Below are positions 53,540-62,922 of a DNA stretch of 64,000 nucleotides, piece by piece. A program made the position numbers and the translations under genes. How positions within the stretch are numbered: the first letter of the stretch is position 1; each line of letters starts with the position of its first letter. Below the pieces are notes generated by a model. That model worked only from the letters and a program-made list of their open reading frames with translations. It was not told the origin of the DNA and searched no databases. Origin of the DNA: an uncultured Alphaproteobacteria bacterium (GTDB lineage Bacteria > Pseudomonadota > Alphaproteobacteria > Rs-D84); assembly GCA_947054455.1 (NCBI GenBank), contig CAMRWN010000001.1, forward strand, positions 74,966 to 138,965, written 5' to 3'.

Positions 53540-55606
53540 CTATAAAACCTCTACAAAATTTTTCATGACATTTTTTATTCCGCACGAACCGAACGCCACG
53601 GTCAGCACGTCGCCGTTTTCCGCGATAACGGTGCCGCGGCCCATTTCCGCATGCGCGACCAGTTTGCCGACCATCGTGGTCGAAATTCTGGGGCGCGGGG
53701 CCGGGCGCGGGCCGTATGCACGCGGAACGTCGGCATATGCACGGCGCGGCGCACCGCCCTGGAAATCCAAAAACGCACCGTCCATTTCAGTGATGAACCG
53801 GCTGGGCGAATTATACTGTCGCGTACCGAAAACCATGCGCGACATCGCGTTTAATATAACCGCACGGCGGCGCGCACGCGTTATCGCGACATAGGCCAGA
53901 CGACGCTCCTCTTCCAGGGCGCCCTCCGACACGGCCTTGTCGTTGGGGAATATTCCCTCCTCCCAGGCGGGCATGAACACCGTGTCAAATTCCAGACCCT
54001 TGGCCGCATGTATTGTCATTATACTGACCACGTTGCCGTTTTGGCGGACTTCGCCCTCGTCATCATCGGTGGTCATCAGGGCGGCTTGCTCTAAAAATTC
54101 GGGCAGGCTTTCATACTTTGCAATTACGTTCGTTATCAGTTCGCGAATATTGTCCAGTCGGTCTGACGCGTCGGCATCCTTGGATTCACGCCACATCTTC
54201 AGGTATCCGCTGCGTTCCAGCAGGGTCTGTGCCGCCTCACGCGGGGGCATGGTCGCCCAGTCGAAATCAAACGCCCCCAGAAATTCGTCCGCCGCCGCAC
54301 GTTGTTTCGCCGGCAGCGCGGCTGCACGCAACCCGGTCATCAAATCGGCGCCCGCCGCACGCAGCTTGTCTATTGCGGCCGCACCGAAACCGCGCCGCGG
54401 CTTTGCAATAACGCGCAGAAACGATATATCGTCAAACGGATAGACCAGCAGTCGCAAATATGCAATCGCATCACGGATTTCCATCCTGTCATAAAACTTG
54501 GTCGCGCCGACAAGGCGGTACGCAATGCCGCGGCGCGCAAACTCTTCTTCAAACAGGCGCGACAGACTGCCCGCGCGTATCAAGACCGCATGCCGACTAA
54601 GATTTTCAGTACCTTCGCGGGAAATCGCATCGGCGACGACGCGCGCCTCGTCCAAATCGGACGGCACCGTCAGGATATATACCGGCTCGCCGTCGTTAAC
54701 GTCGGGCGCGCTGCGCAAATCCTTGCCCAGGCGGCCGCGATTGTGCCGTATCAGGGAATTTGCCGCCCCCAGGATGCGGGGCGTGCTGCGATAATTTGTT
54801 TCCAGACGGATTATCTGAACATCATCATATGTCTTGTCAAAATTCAGGATATGTTTTATCTCGGCCCCGCGCCATGAATATATGGACTGGTCGTCATCGC
54901 CGACGCAGCATATGTTCGGTTGCGGACGGACACGGGTCAGCATCTCCAGAAACTGCATCTGCGCGCTGTTGGTATCCTGGAATTCATCAACCATTATATA
55001 TTTGAACTGGTTTTGATAACGCCCCAGAATTTCTGGATTGGAATCAAACAGCTGCAAGACCTTTAGTATTATGTCCCCGAAATCAACCGCGTTCAGCCGC
55101 GCCAGTTCCGCGTTGTACGCGGCAAACATCTTGTCCGGATGGGACAGCGCGTCCAGCCCCCGGTCCTTGATTGCGGAAAACTGTTCCACATAATCGCCGG
55201 GTGTTTTTGTCGCACCGCCCGACGCGGTCAGCAGGCTTTTCACGACAGCCTTTTGGTCGTCTTCGCCAAATATTATGAAATCCCGGCGCAATCCGGCGGC
55301 GGCCGCATTCGCACGCAGTATCCGCAGACATACCGAATGAAACGTGCCGCACCACAAATCCGCGGCGTTCCACGTGGCGGACGCGTCCGCAAAATCTGCG
55401 ATACGCCGCTTCATTTCATTGGCCGCCTTGTTCGTGAATGTCAGGGCCAGCACCTGCCACGGCATCGCCAGACCGGTGTTCAATATATGCGCGACGCGCG
55501 TTGTCAGAACGCGCGTCTTGCCCGTCCCCGCCCCCGACAGAACCAACAGCGGCCCTTCGGTCGTTTCGACGGCCAGACGCTGTTCGTTGTTAAGATTTTC
55601 TAGCAT
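53540..55606 (-). CDS. uvrD: UvrD/Rep/PcrA-family ATP-dependent DNA helicase
   Basis: The Walker A (LVLSGAGTGKTRVLT) and UvrD helicase motifs are present (TFTNKAANEM, VDEFQDTN, TIHAAKGLEFD, VAITRAR). The start is placed at MLENLN. Confidence 0.85.
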   Translation of the reverse strand: MLENLNNEQRLAVETTEGPLLVLSGAGTGKTRVLTTRVAHILNTGLAMPWQVLALTFTNKAANEMKRRIADFADASATWNAADLWCGTFHSVCLRILRANAAAAGLRRDFIIFGEDDQKAVVKSLLTASGGATKTPGDYVEQFSAIKDRGLDALSHPDKMFAAYNAELARLNAVDFGDIILKVLQLFDSNPEILGRYQNQFKYIMVDEFQDTNSAQMQFLEMLTRVRPQPNICCVGDDDQSIYSWRGAEIKHILNFDKTYDDVQIIRLETNYRSTPRILGAANSLIRHNRGRLGKDLRSAPDVNDGEPVYILTVPSDLDEARVVADAISREGTENLSRHAVLIRAGSLSRLFEEEFARRGIAYRLVGATKFYDRMEIRDAIAYLRLLVYPFDDISFLRVIAKPRRGFGAAAIDKLRAAGADLMTGLRAAALPAKQRAAADEFLGAFDFDWATMPPREAAQTLLERSGYLKMWRESKDADASDRLDNIRELITNVIAKYESLPEFLEQAALMTTDDDEGEVRQNGNVVSIMTIHAAKGLEFDTVFMPAWEEGIFPNDKAVSEGALEEERRLAYVAITRARRRAVILNAMSRMVFGTRQYNSPSRFITEMDGAFLDFQGGAPRRAYADVPRAYGPRPAPRPRISTTMVGKLVAHAEMGRGTVIAENGDVLTVAFGSCGIKNVMKNFVEVL

Positions 55607-55673
55607 TAAATTCACGCCTCTATTATAATACACAAAGTTTGTTAATCAAAAATATATTTTATGGGGAAGGAAA

Positions 55674-56351
55674 ATGAAACGCGTCATCTGCTTTGACATT
55701 GAAACAACCGGATTTGATTACCTGCGCGGGGACCGGTGCATCGAAATCGGCGCGGTGGAACTGATAGACGGAAAACTGACCGACAATTCATTTCACGAAT
55801 ACATAAACCCCGAAGGAAAAATCATTCCGCCTGAAACATACATGGTTCACAAAATTTCAAACGCATTTCTGGAAGACAAGCCAAAGATGTCCGAAATTGC
55901 GCCGAAATTTCTGGAATTCATCGGCGACAGCCCCGTCATCGCCCACAACGGACTGGACTTTGACTTTCCCTTTGTAAATCATGAACTGTCAAAACTGGGC
56001 CTGCCCCAGATTCCGCGTGAACAGCAATTCGACACGCTGGTCATCGCGCGCAACCGCGTATTCGGCCCCAAGAGCTATACTTTGGACGCACTGGCAAAAT
56101 GGTTTGGAATATCGCTGGCGACGCGTGCGGACGCGCACGGGGCGCTAATCGACTCTGAAATTCTGGCCAAGGTGTATGTGGAACTGGAAAACACCGCACC
56201 GGCGCCCGACATCCGCGATATAATTGCCGACCATCACAAGGCCATGCTGGCCCATCCGAAAATAGGCGCAGATTTTCCACGACGCAAATTTGCCCCGCAT
56301 GCGGACGAACTGGCCAATCATACGGCGTTTATGGAAAAGATAACGGCATAA
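55674..56351 (+). CDS. dnaQ: DNA polymerase III epsilon subunit-like 3'-5' exonuclease
   Basis: The three DEDDh exonuclease motifs are present: Exo I (FDIETTG), Exo II (IAHNGLDFDFPF) and Exo III (HGALIDSEILAKVY). Confidence 0.85.
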   Translation: MKRVICFDIETTGFDYLRGDRCIEIGAVELIDGKLTDNSFHEYINPEGKIIPPETYMVHKISNAFLEDKPKMSEIAPKFLEFIGDSPVIAHNGLDFDFPFVNHELSKLGLPQIPREQQFDTLVIARNRVFGPKSYTLDALAKWFGISLATRADAHGALIDSEILAKVYVELENTAPAPDIRDIIADHHKAMLAHPKIGADFPRRKFAPHADELANHTAFMEKITA

Positions 56352-56352
56352 A

Positions 56353-56396
56353 AAAAATCCCGCGCAGTTTGATGCGCGGGATTTTTTTTATTTTGT
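56353..56396. terminator. Bidirectional rho-independent terminator between dnaQ and the 743-aa secreted protein gene
   Basis: The 10-bp GC stem atcccgcgca-gtttga-tgcgcgggat is flanked by A and T runs. Confidence 0.75.
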
Positions 56397-58619
56397 TTCC
56401 TGTTGTGTACAGATACCGCCCTTCATGCTGTATCCCTCATCACATACGCATTGGCCCGTGGTCGGGTTGCGCTTTGAATTGGCGCCACAGTTCAAAACAC
56501 AGGCCGTCCCCCACAGCGTATATCCAACATTGCAGGTGCATCTGGCGTTGACATAACACTTCTGGGTAGGCGACGCAACGCAACCGTTTACGCTCAACGT
56601 CGATTCTTCCTGCTGATATGTGGAATTTTCCGGACACAGCAACGACTGATAGAACATTTCGGAAATATTACTGATGCATGTATCCGGGCTATCGGCGGGG
56701 CATAGCGCTTTATCATCATTATCCGTGGCATCCTGGAACACCGCATACGCACAGGTCAGCGCAACATTGCGGCACGCACCACGCATTACGTTGTAAATGC
56801 TGTTGATTGTTGCTGACGAAGACCATGAATTAACCTGGGTCACCTGCTGGTTATAACATGTCGCGATTTCAGTCATGCATGTTGACGCATAATCCGAAAT
56901 AATCTTTTGCTGCGCGGCCTTGATGTTTACCATCGCACGCTGTACATAATTTACAACAACATCGTTATACGGCTCATAAGTTCCGGACGACGAATATGTG
57001 TAATTCTGACACTTGTCCAAAACCGCACGGCACAGACCACCATCGGTGGTTTTTTGCCCCGTTCCGATTTTCGTCATCAGATATTTTACATTGCACGCTC
57101 CGTCGCCGCCTTTACCGTCATCACCAACGCAGGCGTCCTTGCTGATTGAAGACATTTTGTCCGCGGCTGCCAGAAAACCGCGGTTAATATCCGCATTGTT
57201 ATAGTTTTCCATAAACGTGGTTATATCGGTTATATTCTGCCCCAGGACGACATTGCCGTTTTCGTCGATATATCTTTTCGTCGGGTCCAGACACTTGTTG
57301 TAATCGGCACCGCACACCATGTCGTCGGTCATGCATGCATCCAGCGCGGCGATGCATCCCTTGGCATCGTATTGGTTCTTGTTCTGCAAAACGGCCAGAC
57401 GCGCCTTTTGCAGCATGCGACCCGCACTGCGCACATTTGACACCAGCGTTTCATTCATCTTGGTCAATCCCTGCTCGTACGCGATACAGTCCTTGTCAAT
57501 CGCCAGGTCGTAATTGCCGGTTATCTGCTGGGACGTGGCGCCAACCTCCTTGCACTGGGTCAGGATTGTGTTGCAGCGCCGTTTTGCCGCATTATACAAT
57601 TCCGTTCCGCGCAGGTTTGAAAAACTGCTGCTGGCGCCGGCATTCAGGAAATCCAGACTAAACATGTCGGAATTGTCGGCCGAAAAATCCAAATCTATAT
57701 CAAATCCGTTGTATGTGTCCGCGGAATAGGAGGTCGCACTGACCGGGTCTTTTATCAGCTTTTCAATTTCATCAAGCATGCTGCGCGTTTCGGTGCTATC
57801 CACCTTGCCCGACAGTGCCTCTTCCGCCTCTGTCGCGGTCATAATCGCACGTATTTCATCAGCCGACAAACCAACATAGCGAATACGCTGCGCGACATCG
57901 TTAAGCTGGGTGTTGGCCTCTTTCACGGCATTTTCAACCTTGGTGTATCGCGACAGGTTTGCACTGCAGCTGCAGCGTTTCTGATTTGCGTCGACAACCG
58001 CGCAGAACTGGTCCATGCAGTCATTATACTGTTCCTGGCAGGATTTGTTAAGCTCCGCCGTTTGTTCCAGACGCTCCTTGGCCTCTGCTATGGATTCGCG
58101 GGTTGTTTGTGCTGCGGCACGGGCGCTGACACTGCGGGCGCTGGACGCAACGTTTGACCCCGTCTGAATATTTGTTTCACCGATTGTGGCGCGGCCCCCG
58201 ACCTCTGCCGTGCTGGGGCGCAGCGTCACGCCCACCCGGCGCAACGCGGGGTCGTTGTTTATTGCAGCGGCGCTGACGCGGGCGTTGCGACCAACCGTGT
58301 TCACCGCCGCATCCAGACCGGCGCGCGACGCGACGGCCGCAGACGACGACTGGGCCGCGCGATGCGCGACACTGGATTGACGCACACTGGCCGTATCACG
58401 CGTTGGCGCGGCGGCCGACGCATCAGACGCCGTACGTGAAATTGTGCGCGACGGCGCGGCCGCGGTGCGCGCGACGGCCGTGCGGGCGGTGTCGGTCGAC
58501 GACGGCGCCGCAGTTGCGCCCGATGACGGAATCACGCGCGATGCAGTCGCACCGTCGGCCGCAAACGCGCCGGGTGCAAAAAACATTCCGCAGAAAAAGC
58601 ACAGTGCAAGTTTATTCAT
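56388..58619 (-). CDS. Large secreted Cys-rich hypothetical protein (743 aa) with a ~190-aa Ala/Ser/Thr/Arg-rich low-complexity N-terminal region
   Basis: It has a signal peptide (MNKLALCFFCGMFFAPGAFAADG). More than 45 Cys are concentrated in the C-terminal 550 aa, with no recognisable repeat family. Its ATG lies 10 nt from a TGTGATATAAT extended -10. Confidence 0.65.
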   Translation of the reverse strand: MNKLALCFFCGMFFAPGAFAADGATASRVIPSSGATAAPSSTDTARTAVARTAAAPSRTISRTASDASAAAPTRDTASVRQSSVAHRAAQSSSAAVASRAGLDAAVNTVGRNARVSAAAINNDPALRRVGVTLRPSTAEVGGRATIGETNIQTGSNVASSARSVSARAAAQTTRESIAEAKERLEQTAELNKSCQEQYNDCMDQFCAVVDANQKRCSCSANLSRYTKVENAVKEANTQLNDVAQRIRYVGLSADEIRAIMTATEAEEALSGKVDSTETRSMLDEIEKLIKDPVSATSYSADTYNGFDIDLDFSADNSDMFSLDFLNAGASSSFSNLRGTELYNAAKRRCNTILTQCKEVGATSQQITGNYDLAIDKDCIAYEQGLTKMNETLVSNVRSAGRMLQKARLAVLQNKNQYDAKGCIAALDACMTDDMVCGADYNKCLDPTKRYIDENGNVVLGQNITDITTFMENYNNADINRGFLAAADKMSSISKDACVGDDGKGGDGACNVKYLMTKIGTGQKTTDGGLCRAVLDKCQNYTYSSSGTYEPYNDVVVNYVQRAMVNIKAAQQKIISDYASTCMTEIATCYNQQVTQVNSWSSSATINSIYNVMRGACRNVALTCAYAVFQDATDNDDKALCPADSPDTCISNISEMFYQSLLCPENSTYQQEESTLSVNGCVASPTQKCYVNARCTCNVGYTLWGTACVLNCGANSKRNPTTGQCVCDEGYSMKGGICTQQETK

Positions 58620-58628
58620 TCTCAGCTA

Positions 58629-58641
58629 AATTATATCACAA
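58629..58641 (-). promoter_or_regulatory. TTGTGATATAATT extended -10 promoter motif; 10 nt separate TATAAT from the ATG of the 743-aa secreted protein gene
   Basis: An exact TGTGATATAAT 11-mer, read on the minus strand. Confidence 0.55.
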
Positions 58642-58683
58642 GTATATTTGTTTTGAAAAACAAATTTTCAACACGGTCAAAAT

Positions 58684-59412
58684 TTACATCGGGGCCCAGC
58701 GGCATATGACAGAGGCATGATCCACATCGCCGGTGCGAATCTTGTGATACGACACCAGGCCGTCAATCGCGACATCAACCTGAACCTGGGGGGTGTCCGG
58801 ACTGATTTCACGTTTGAAATTCAATTCTATTCCCGTCAGCCGGTGCGCATTGCGATATTCGTATCCGACGCTTTCGGTCGCCCAGACGGCATACACCGCA
58901 TTGTTTATATGCTGATTTACGTCGACATCATCAAAACGGCATTTCATGGTATGGGTTTTTGTCGGGGTAAAATCCGGAAACTTTTCAAATTTTCTGTCCC
59001 ATGCGCGGCATTCGTTCACCGTCCACCGCGGCAGATTTTCATCCAGACGCAGCGGCCGGCGACGCGCCATATCAATCAGAACCCACTGCGACGTGGCCCG
59101 CACCAGCAGGCGCCCGTCCGCACCGCGAATTTCAAAATCGCGCGTCGCGCGCACCGCATCCTGGCACGACGGCCATGTCTTTATGCTTAATTTTTCCAGT
59201 TCGGTCGGCATTTCAACAATGTCGACCAGATAGTGCGTTACAACCCACGCGATACCGTGTGCCTGACAGTACTGATATCCGACCCCCAGCATTTCGGCAT
59301 GCCTGTCCCCCATGCCCTGCAGTTCGTTCATCAAAATCAACGGACGCACGTTCCCGTACCGGTCGCATTGATACGCCTGAAGCGTTCTGTTTTCGGTCAG
59401 TATTTCAGACAT
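58684..59412 (-). CDS. Acyl-ACP thioesterase family protein
   Basis: A 242-aa tandem hot-dog fold protein. The conserved acyl-ACP thioesterase blocks are present (YQCDRYGNVRP, VDVNQHINNAVY). Confidence 0.7.
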   Translation of the reverse strand: MSEILTENRTLQAYQCDRYGNVRPLILMNELQGMGDRHAEMLGVGYQYCQAHGIAWVVTHYLVDIVEMPTELEKLSIKTWPSCQDAVRATRDFEIRGADGRLLVRATSQWVLIDMARRRPLRLDENLPRWTVNECRAWDRKFEKFPDFTPTKTHTMKCRFDDVDVNQHINNAVYAVWATESVGYEYRNAHRLTGIELNFKREISPDTPQVQVDVAIDGLVSYHKIRTGDVDHASVICRWAPM

Positions 59413-59423
59413 GCCGGCCCCCC

Positions 59424-61814
59424 TTATGCCGCGACAACAAAATCTATTGCATCGCCCAGCTGAACATCGCCGGCGCGCGCCGCCGACTTTATCACGCCAT
59501 GCAGCGCCGCGGGCGTTGACGACGGAATTACCAATGTTTCCAGTTTGGCGCCGTTGCCAACCTTGCGTTCGGTACGCAGTCCGCGCACCGTTTTCAAAAT
59601 ATCCAGCGCAATCTGCATTTCCGACACGTCCGTCGCGCGTGCGGCGTCAATATCCGGATATGCGGTCAGATGCAGTGTTTCGCCACCTTCGAACGGTTTG
59701 TAAATTTTCTGCCACAGTTCTTCGGTCAGGAACGGAATAAACGGCGCATACAGGCCGATGACCGCACGCAGCACCTGCCACAGCGTCCACTGCGCCGACA
59801 GCTTTGACGTTGCGCTGTATTTTTCCGGCGACCAGAAACGGTCCTTGATGAATTCCAGATACTGGTCGCAGAACACGTCATAGAAAAACGTGTCAATCGC
59901 CGCACGGGAATTATAGTTGTCATACTTGTCCAAATTACGACGGACATCGGCAATTGTTTTGTTCAGTTCGTCCAACACCCAGCGGTCTTCGATAAATCTG
60001 TCGGCAATGTCCACGGGCGTGGCCGCATCCGGTTCAAAATCAGTCAAATTCATCAAAACGTACTTTGACGCGTTCCACAGTTTTGTCAGCAGACGGCTGC
60101 CGCGTTTTACCTCGTCATCGCTATAGCGAATGTCAGTACCAATCGGCGCCGTGGCAATCCAATAGCGCAGCGCGTCCGCACCGAACTTTTCAACCGTGTC
60201 CAGCGGGTCCGTGCCGTTGCCCTTGGTCTTGGACATTTTCTGTCCCTTGCTGTCGCGGACCAGGCCATGGAAATTAACCGTGCGGAACGGAACGTCGCCC
60301 ATGACATACATTCCCATCATGACCATGCGCGCAACCCAGAAGAATATGATGTCCGGCCCGGTGTACAGCAAGTCGGTCGGATAATATTTTTCCAATTCCG
60401 CCGTCGCGTCCGGCCACCCCAGCGTTGAAAACGGCCACATACCGGATGAAAACCATGTGTCCAAGCACGACGTTTCGCGCGTCAATTCACGCCCGCCCGC
60501 CTGTTTTATGGCATCCTGTTCGGTTTCGGCGACGTAGATGTTTCCGTCCGCGTCATACCATGCGGGAATCTGGTGTCCCCACCACAATTGACGCGATATT
60601 GACCATTCGTGTATGTCCTTCATCCACGCCATAAACAGATTATAGCGGTGTTCGGGCATGAATTTTATTTTTCCGGCCTCTACCGCGGCGACGGCGGGCG
60701 CGGCCAGTTTACGCGCATCGACAAACCATTCGTCGCGAACCATGTATTCAACGACAACACCGCCGCGTTCGGAATAAGGCGTCGGGATAACCTTGTCCTC
60801 TATGCGCGTCAGCAAACCCGCCGCATCAATATCCTTGATTATTTCCGCGCGCGCCGCAAAGCGGTCCATCCCGCGGTATTTTTCCGGCACCTGTTCAATG
60901 TCCGCCATCTTGGCATCGTTTGTCAGAACGCACAGCGGCGTCAGATTATGGCGCAATCCGACCGCCCAGTCGTCCTTGTCGTGCGCGGGTGTTATCTTTA
61001 CCGCGCCGGTTCCCTTTTCAGGGTCCGCATGCACGTCCGCAATCACCGGAATTTCAATATCAGTCAACGGAATCACCGCCGTCTGTCCAATCAGATGCGC
61101 CAGCTTTTCATTTTCCGGATGAACAGCAATCGCCTGGTCCCCGAACAATGTTTCCGGACGCGTCGTTGCAATTTCAATGACGCCGCCGTCCTTTAACGGA
61201 TAATTGAAATAATAGAATTTACCTTTTTCGTCGCGGACATCAACCTCCAAATCAGAAATCGACGTCTGCTGTTTCGGACACCAGTTGACCAACCGACGCG
61301 CCCTGTAAATCAGTCCGTCGTTGTACATTTTCACAAACATCCGAATCACCGCGCGCGACAATCCCTCGTCCATGGTGAAGCGCTGGCGCCCCCATGCCGG
61401 GGTGGTCCCCAGCGTATGCAGCTGGCCCACAATCTGGCCGCCCTTGTCTTCCTTATACGCCCATGCGGCGTCCAACAACTGCTCCTTGGTAAGTGCGCGG
61501 GGATTTATTCCGCGTTTTGACAAATCACGTTCCACCATCAGCTGCATCGCGATTGATGCATGGTCGGTTCCCGGCTGCCACAGAACGTCATAACCACACA
61601 TGCGCTTGTACCGGCAAACGATGTCGGTCAGAACATTGTCCAGCGCATGGCCCATGTGCAGGTTGCCCGTGACATTTGGCGGCGGCATCATTATGCAAAA
61701 CGGCTGTTTGTCGGATTTTACATCGTTTTCCCAGAAACGGTTTGAATCCCAGAACTGCTGTATGCGGGTTTCTATTTCACGTGGATTTATGTTTTTGCCA
61801 AGTTCGATATTCAT
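59424..61814 (-). CDS. valS: Valine--tRNA ligase, short form (796 aa) without the C-terminal coiled-coil
   Basis: The class I HIGH motif (PNVTGNLHMGHAL) and KMSKS motif (KMSKTKGN) are present. The editing domain and anticodon-binding blocks are typical of ValRS. Confidence 0.9.
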   Translation of the reverse strand: MNIELGKNINPREIETRIQQFWDSNRFWENDVKSDKQPFCIMMPPPNVTGNLHMGHALDNVLTDIVCRYKRMCGYDVLWQPGTDHASIAMQLMVERDLSKRGINPRALTKEQLLDAAWAYKEDKGGQIVGQLHTLGTTPAWGRQRFTMDEGLSRAVIRMFVKMYNDGLIYRARRLVNWCPKQQTSISDLEVDVRDEKGKFYYFNYPLKDGGVIEIATTRPETLFGDQAIAVHPENEKLAHLIGQTAVIPLTDIEIPVIADVHADPEKGTGAVKITPAHDKDDWAVGLRHNLTPLCVLTNDAKMADIEQVPEKYRGMDRFAARAEIIKDIDAAGLLTRIEDKVIPTPYSERGGVVVEYMVRDEWFVDARKLAAPAVAAVEAGKIKFMPEHRYNLFMAWMKDIHEWSISRQLWWGHQIPAWYDADGNIYVAETEQDAIKQAGGRELTRETSCLDTWFSSGMWPFSTLGWPDATAELEKYYPTDLLYTGPDIIFFWVARMVMMGMYVMGDVPFRTVNFHGLVRDSKGQKMSKTKGNGTDPLDTVEKFGADALRYWIATAPIGTDIRYSDDEVKRGSRLLTKLWNASKYVLMNLTDFEPDAATPVDIADRFIEDRWVLDELNKTIADVRRNLDKYDNYNSRAAIDTFFYDVFCDQYLEFIKDRFWSPEKYSATSKLSAQWTLWQVLRAVIGLYAPFIPFLTEELWQKIYKPFEGGETLHLTAYPDIDAARATDVSEMQIALDILKTVRGLRTERKVGNGAKLETLVIPSSTPAALHGVIKSAARAGDVQLGDAIDFVVAA

Positions 61815-61818
61815 CTCA

Positions 61819-62343
61819 TTATTTCCTGATTGTGGGTTTCCAGCCGGCTGTGTCCGTGTTCTTTAATTGGGCGGGCAACTGCGCCGTCGTCAGCGCGTTC
61901 CATTTCTGCGTACGGCCAAACGGTCCGATTTTTCCGCGCACGTTCAGCGTGCCGGGCGCATCCTGCCATATTACGCTGGAATAAACCTTGCCGGATGTGG
62001 GGTCCATGATTTTTCCGTCTTCAAATTTGTTGTCGTCCGCATCCCATTCCATATCCCATATGATGTCCATGCCGACATATTTCGGCGCACCCGGCACGCC
62101 GGCGGCAACCTTTACCGGTGCGGCCAATGTTTCCGAAACCACGCCGTCCGCATTGTATAGCGCAACAATCCGCCCTGCCAGTTCAACATCATCACCGTCG
62201 GTGTATTCATACAGCGCGACAATAGATTTTGGACGATTTGTCTCGTCATCTATTGTCTGATAAAAACCGACATGCGGCAATGCGGCCGCCGCCGCGTTTA
62301 CAAACGCCAGCCCCGCCACGGCAAAAGTAAAGCAAAGTTTCAT
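61819..62343 (-). CDS. DUF2147 domain-containing periplasmic protein
   Basis: It has a signal peptide (MKLCFTFAVAGLAFVNAAAA). The DUF2147 pattern is present (GFYQTIDDETNRPKSIVALYEY...GRIVAL...GKIMDPTSGKVYSS). The start is at MKLC; the track extends upstream. Confidence 0.6.
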   Translation of the reverse strand: MKLCFTFAVAGLAFVNAAAAALPHVGFYQTIDDETNRPKSIVALYEYTDGDDVELAGRIVALYNADGVVSETLAAPVKVAAGVPGAPKYVGMDIIWDMEWDADDNKFEDGKIMDPTSGKVYSSVIWQDAPGTLNVRGKIGPFGRTQKWNALTTAQLPAQLKNTDTAGWKPTIRK

Positions 62344-62493
62344 ATACAACCCTTTTATCTTAAATGTAAATCCTATCAGATTAAAATCAAAATTCAAGCG
62401 TGCATATATAAAGTATCCGAATAAATACTTGACAAATTATATTTTATGTATTATATTTTCACACAGAAATATAAATACCAAAGGAATAACATA

Positions 62494-62883
62494 ATGAACA
62501 AATTGTTGGAAAAGACGATTATAGATACAATAAAAAATAACGACGTACGCGAATTCAACGACTGGAACTACAACTCGTACACGGTTGTAAACCATTCCGG
62601 CCACACACTGATTCAGGCAACAATGTCATGGAAATACAATACCTGCAAGATTAACGTAAACGGCAAAAACCTGGCCACGGTAAAATTGTTCAGTAAACCA
62701 ACAAACGAAATGCCGGCCGACCAGCAGTCCGCACACAACATCATCAACGCATGCGCGGACAGGGTCAAGGAACAAAAAATAGCCAAGCGCAACATTGAAA
62801 CTGAATACAGCCAAGTATTGCGCCTGAAATCCGAAGAACGCGAATTCTATTCATTTCTGCGTCAAAACGCAAAACAACACTAA
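62494..62883 (+). CDS. Hypothetical protein (~129 aa from MNKLLEK)
   Basis: An AT-rich promoter lies upstream (TTGACA...TATATT). The bidirectional terminator tgcggcc-aaac-aggccgca lies at 62895-62930. Confidence 0.4.
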   Translation: MNKLLEKTIIDTIKNNDVREFNDWNYNSYTVVNHSGHTLIQATMSWKYNTCKINVNGKNLATVKLFSKPTNEMPADQQSAHNIINACADRVKEQKIAKRNIETEYSQVLRLKSEEREFYSFLRQNAKQH

Positions 62884-62922
62884 TAAATCAAAAATAAATG
62901 CGGCCAAACAGGCCGCATTTTT

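Noticed and set aside
62344-62397. Upstream 18-codon extension of the DUF2147 ORF (MNFDFNLIGFTFKIKGLY)
   Set aside because: The signal peptide begins at the internal MKLCFTFAVAG. The extension would place the signal peptide internally, so the start was moved to 62343.
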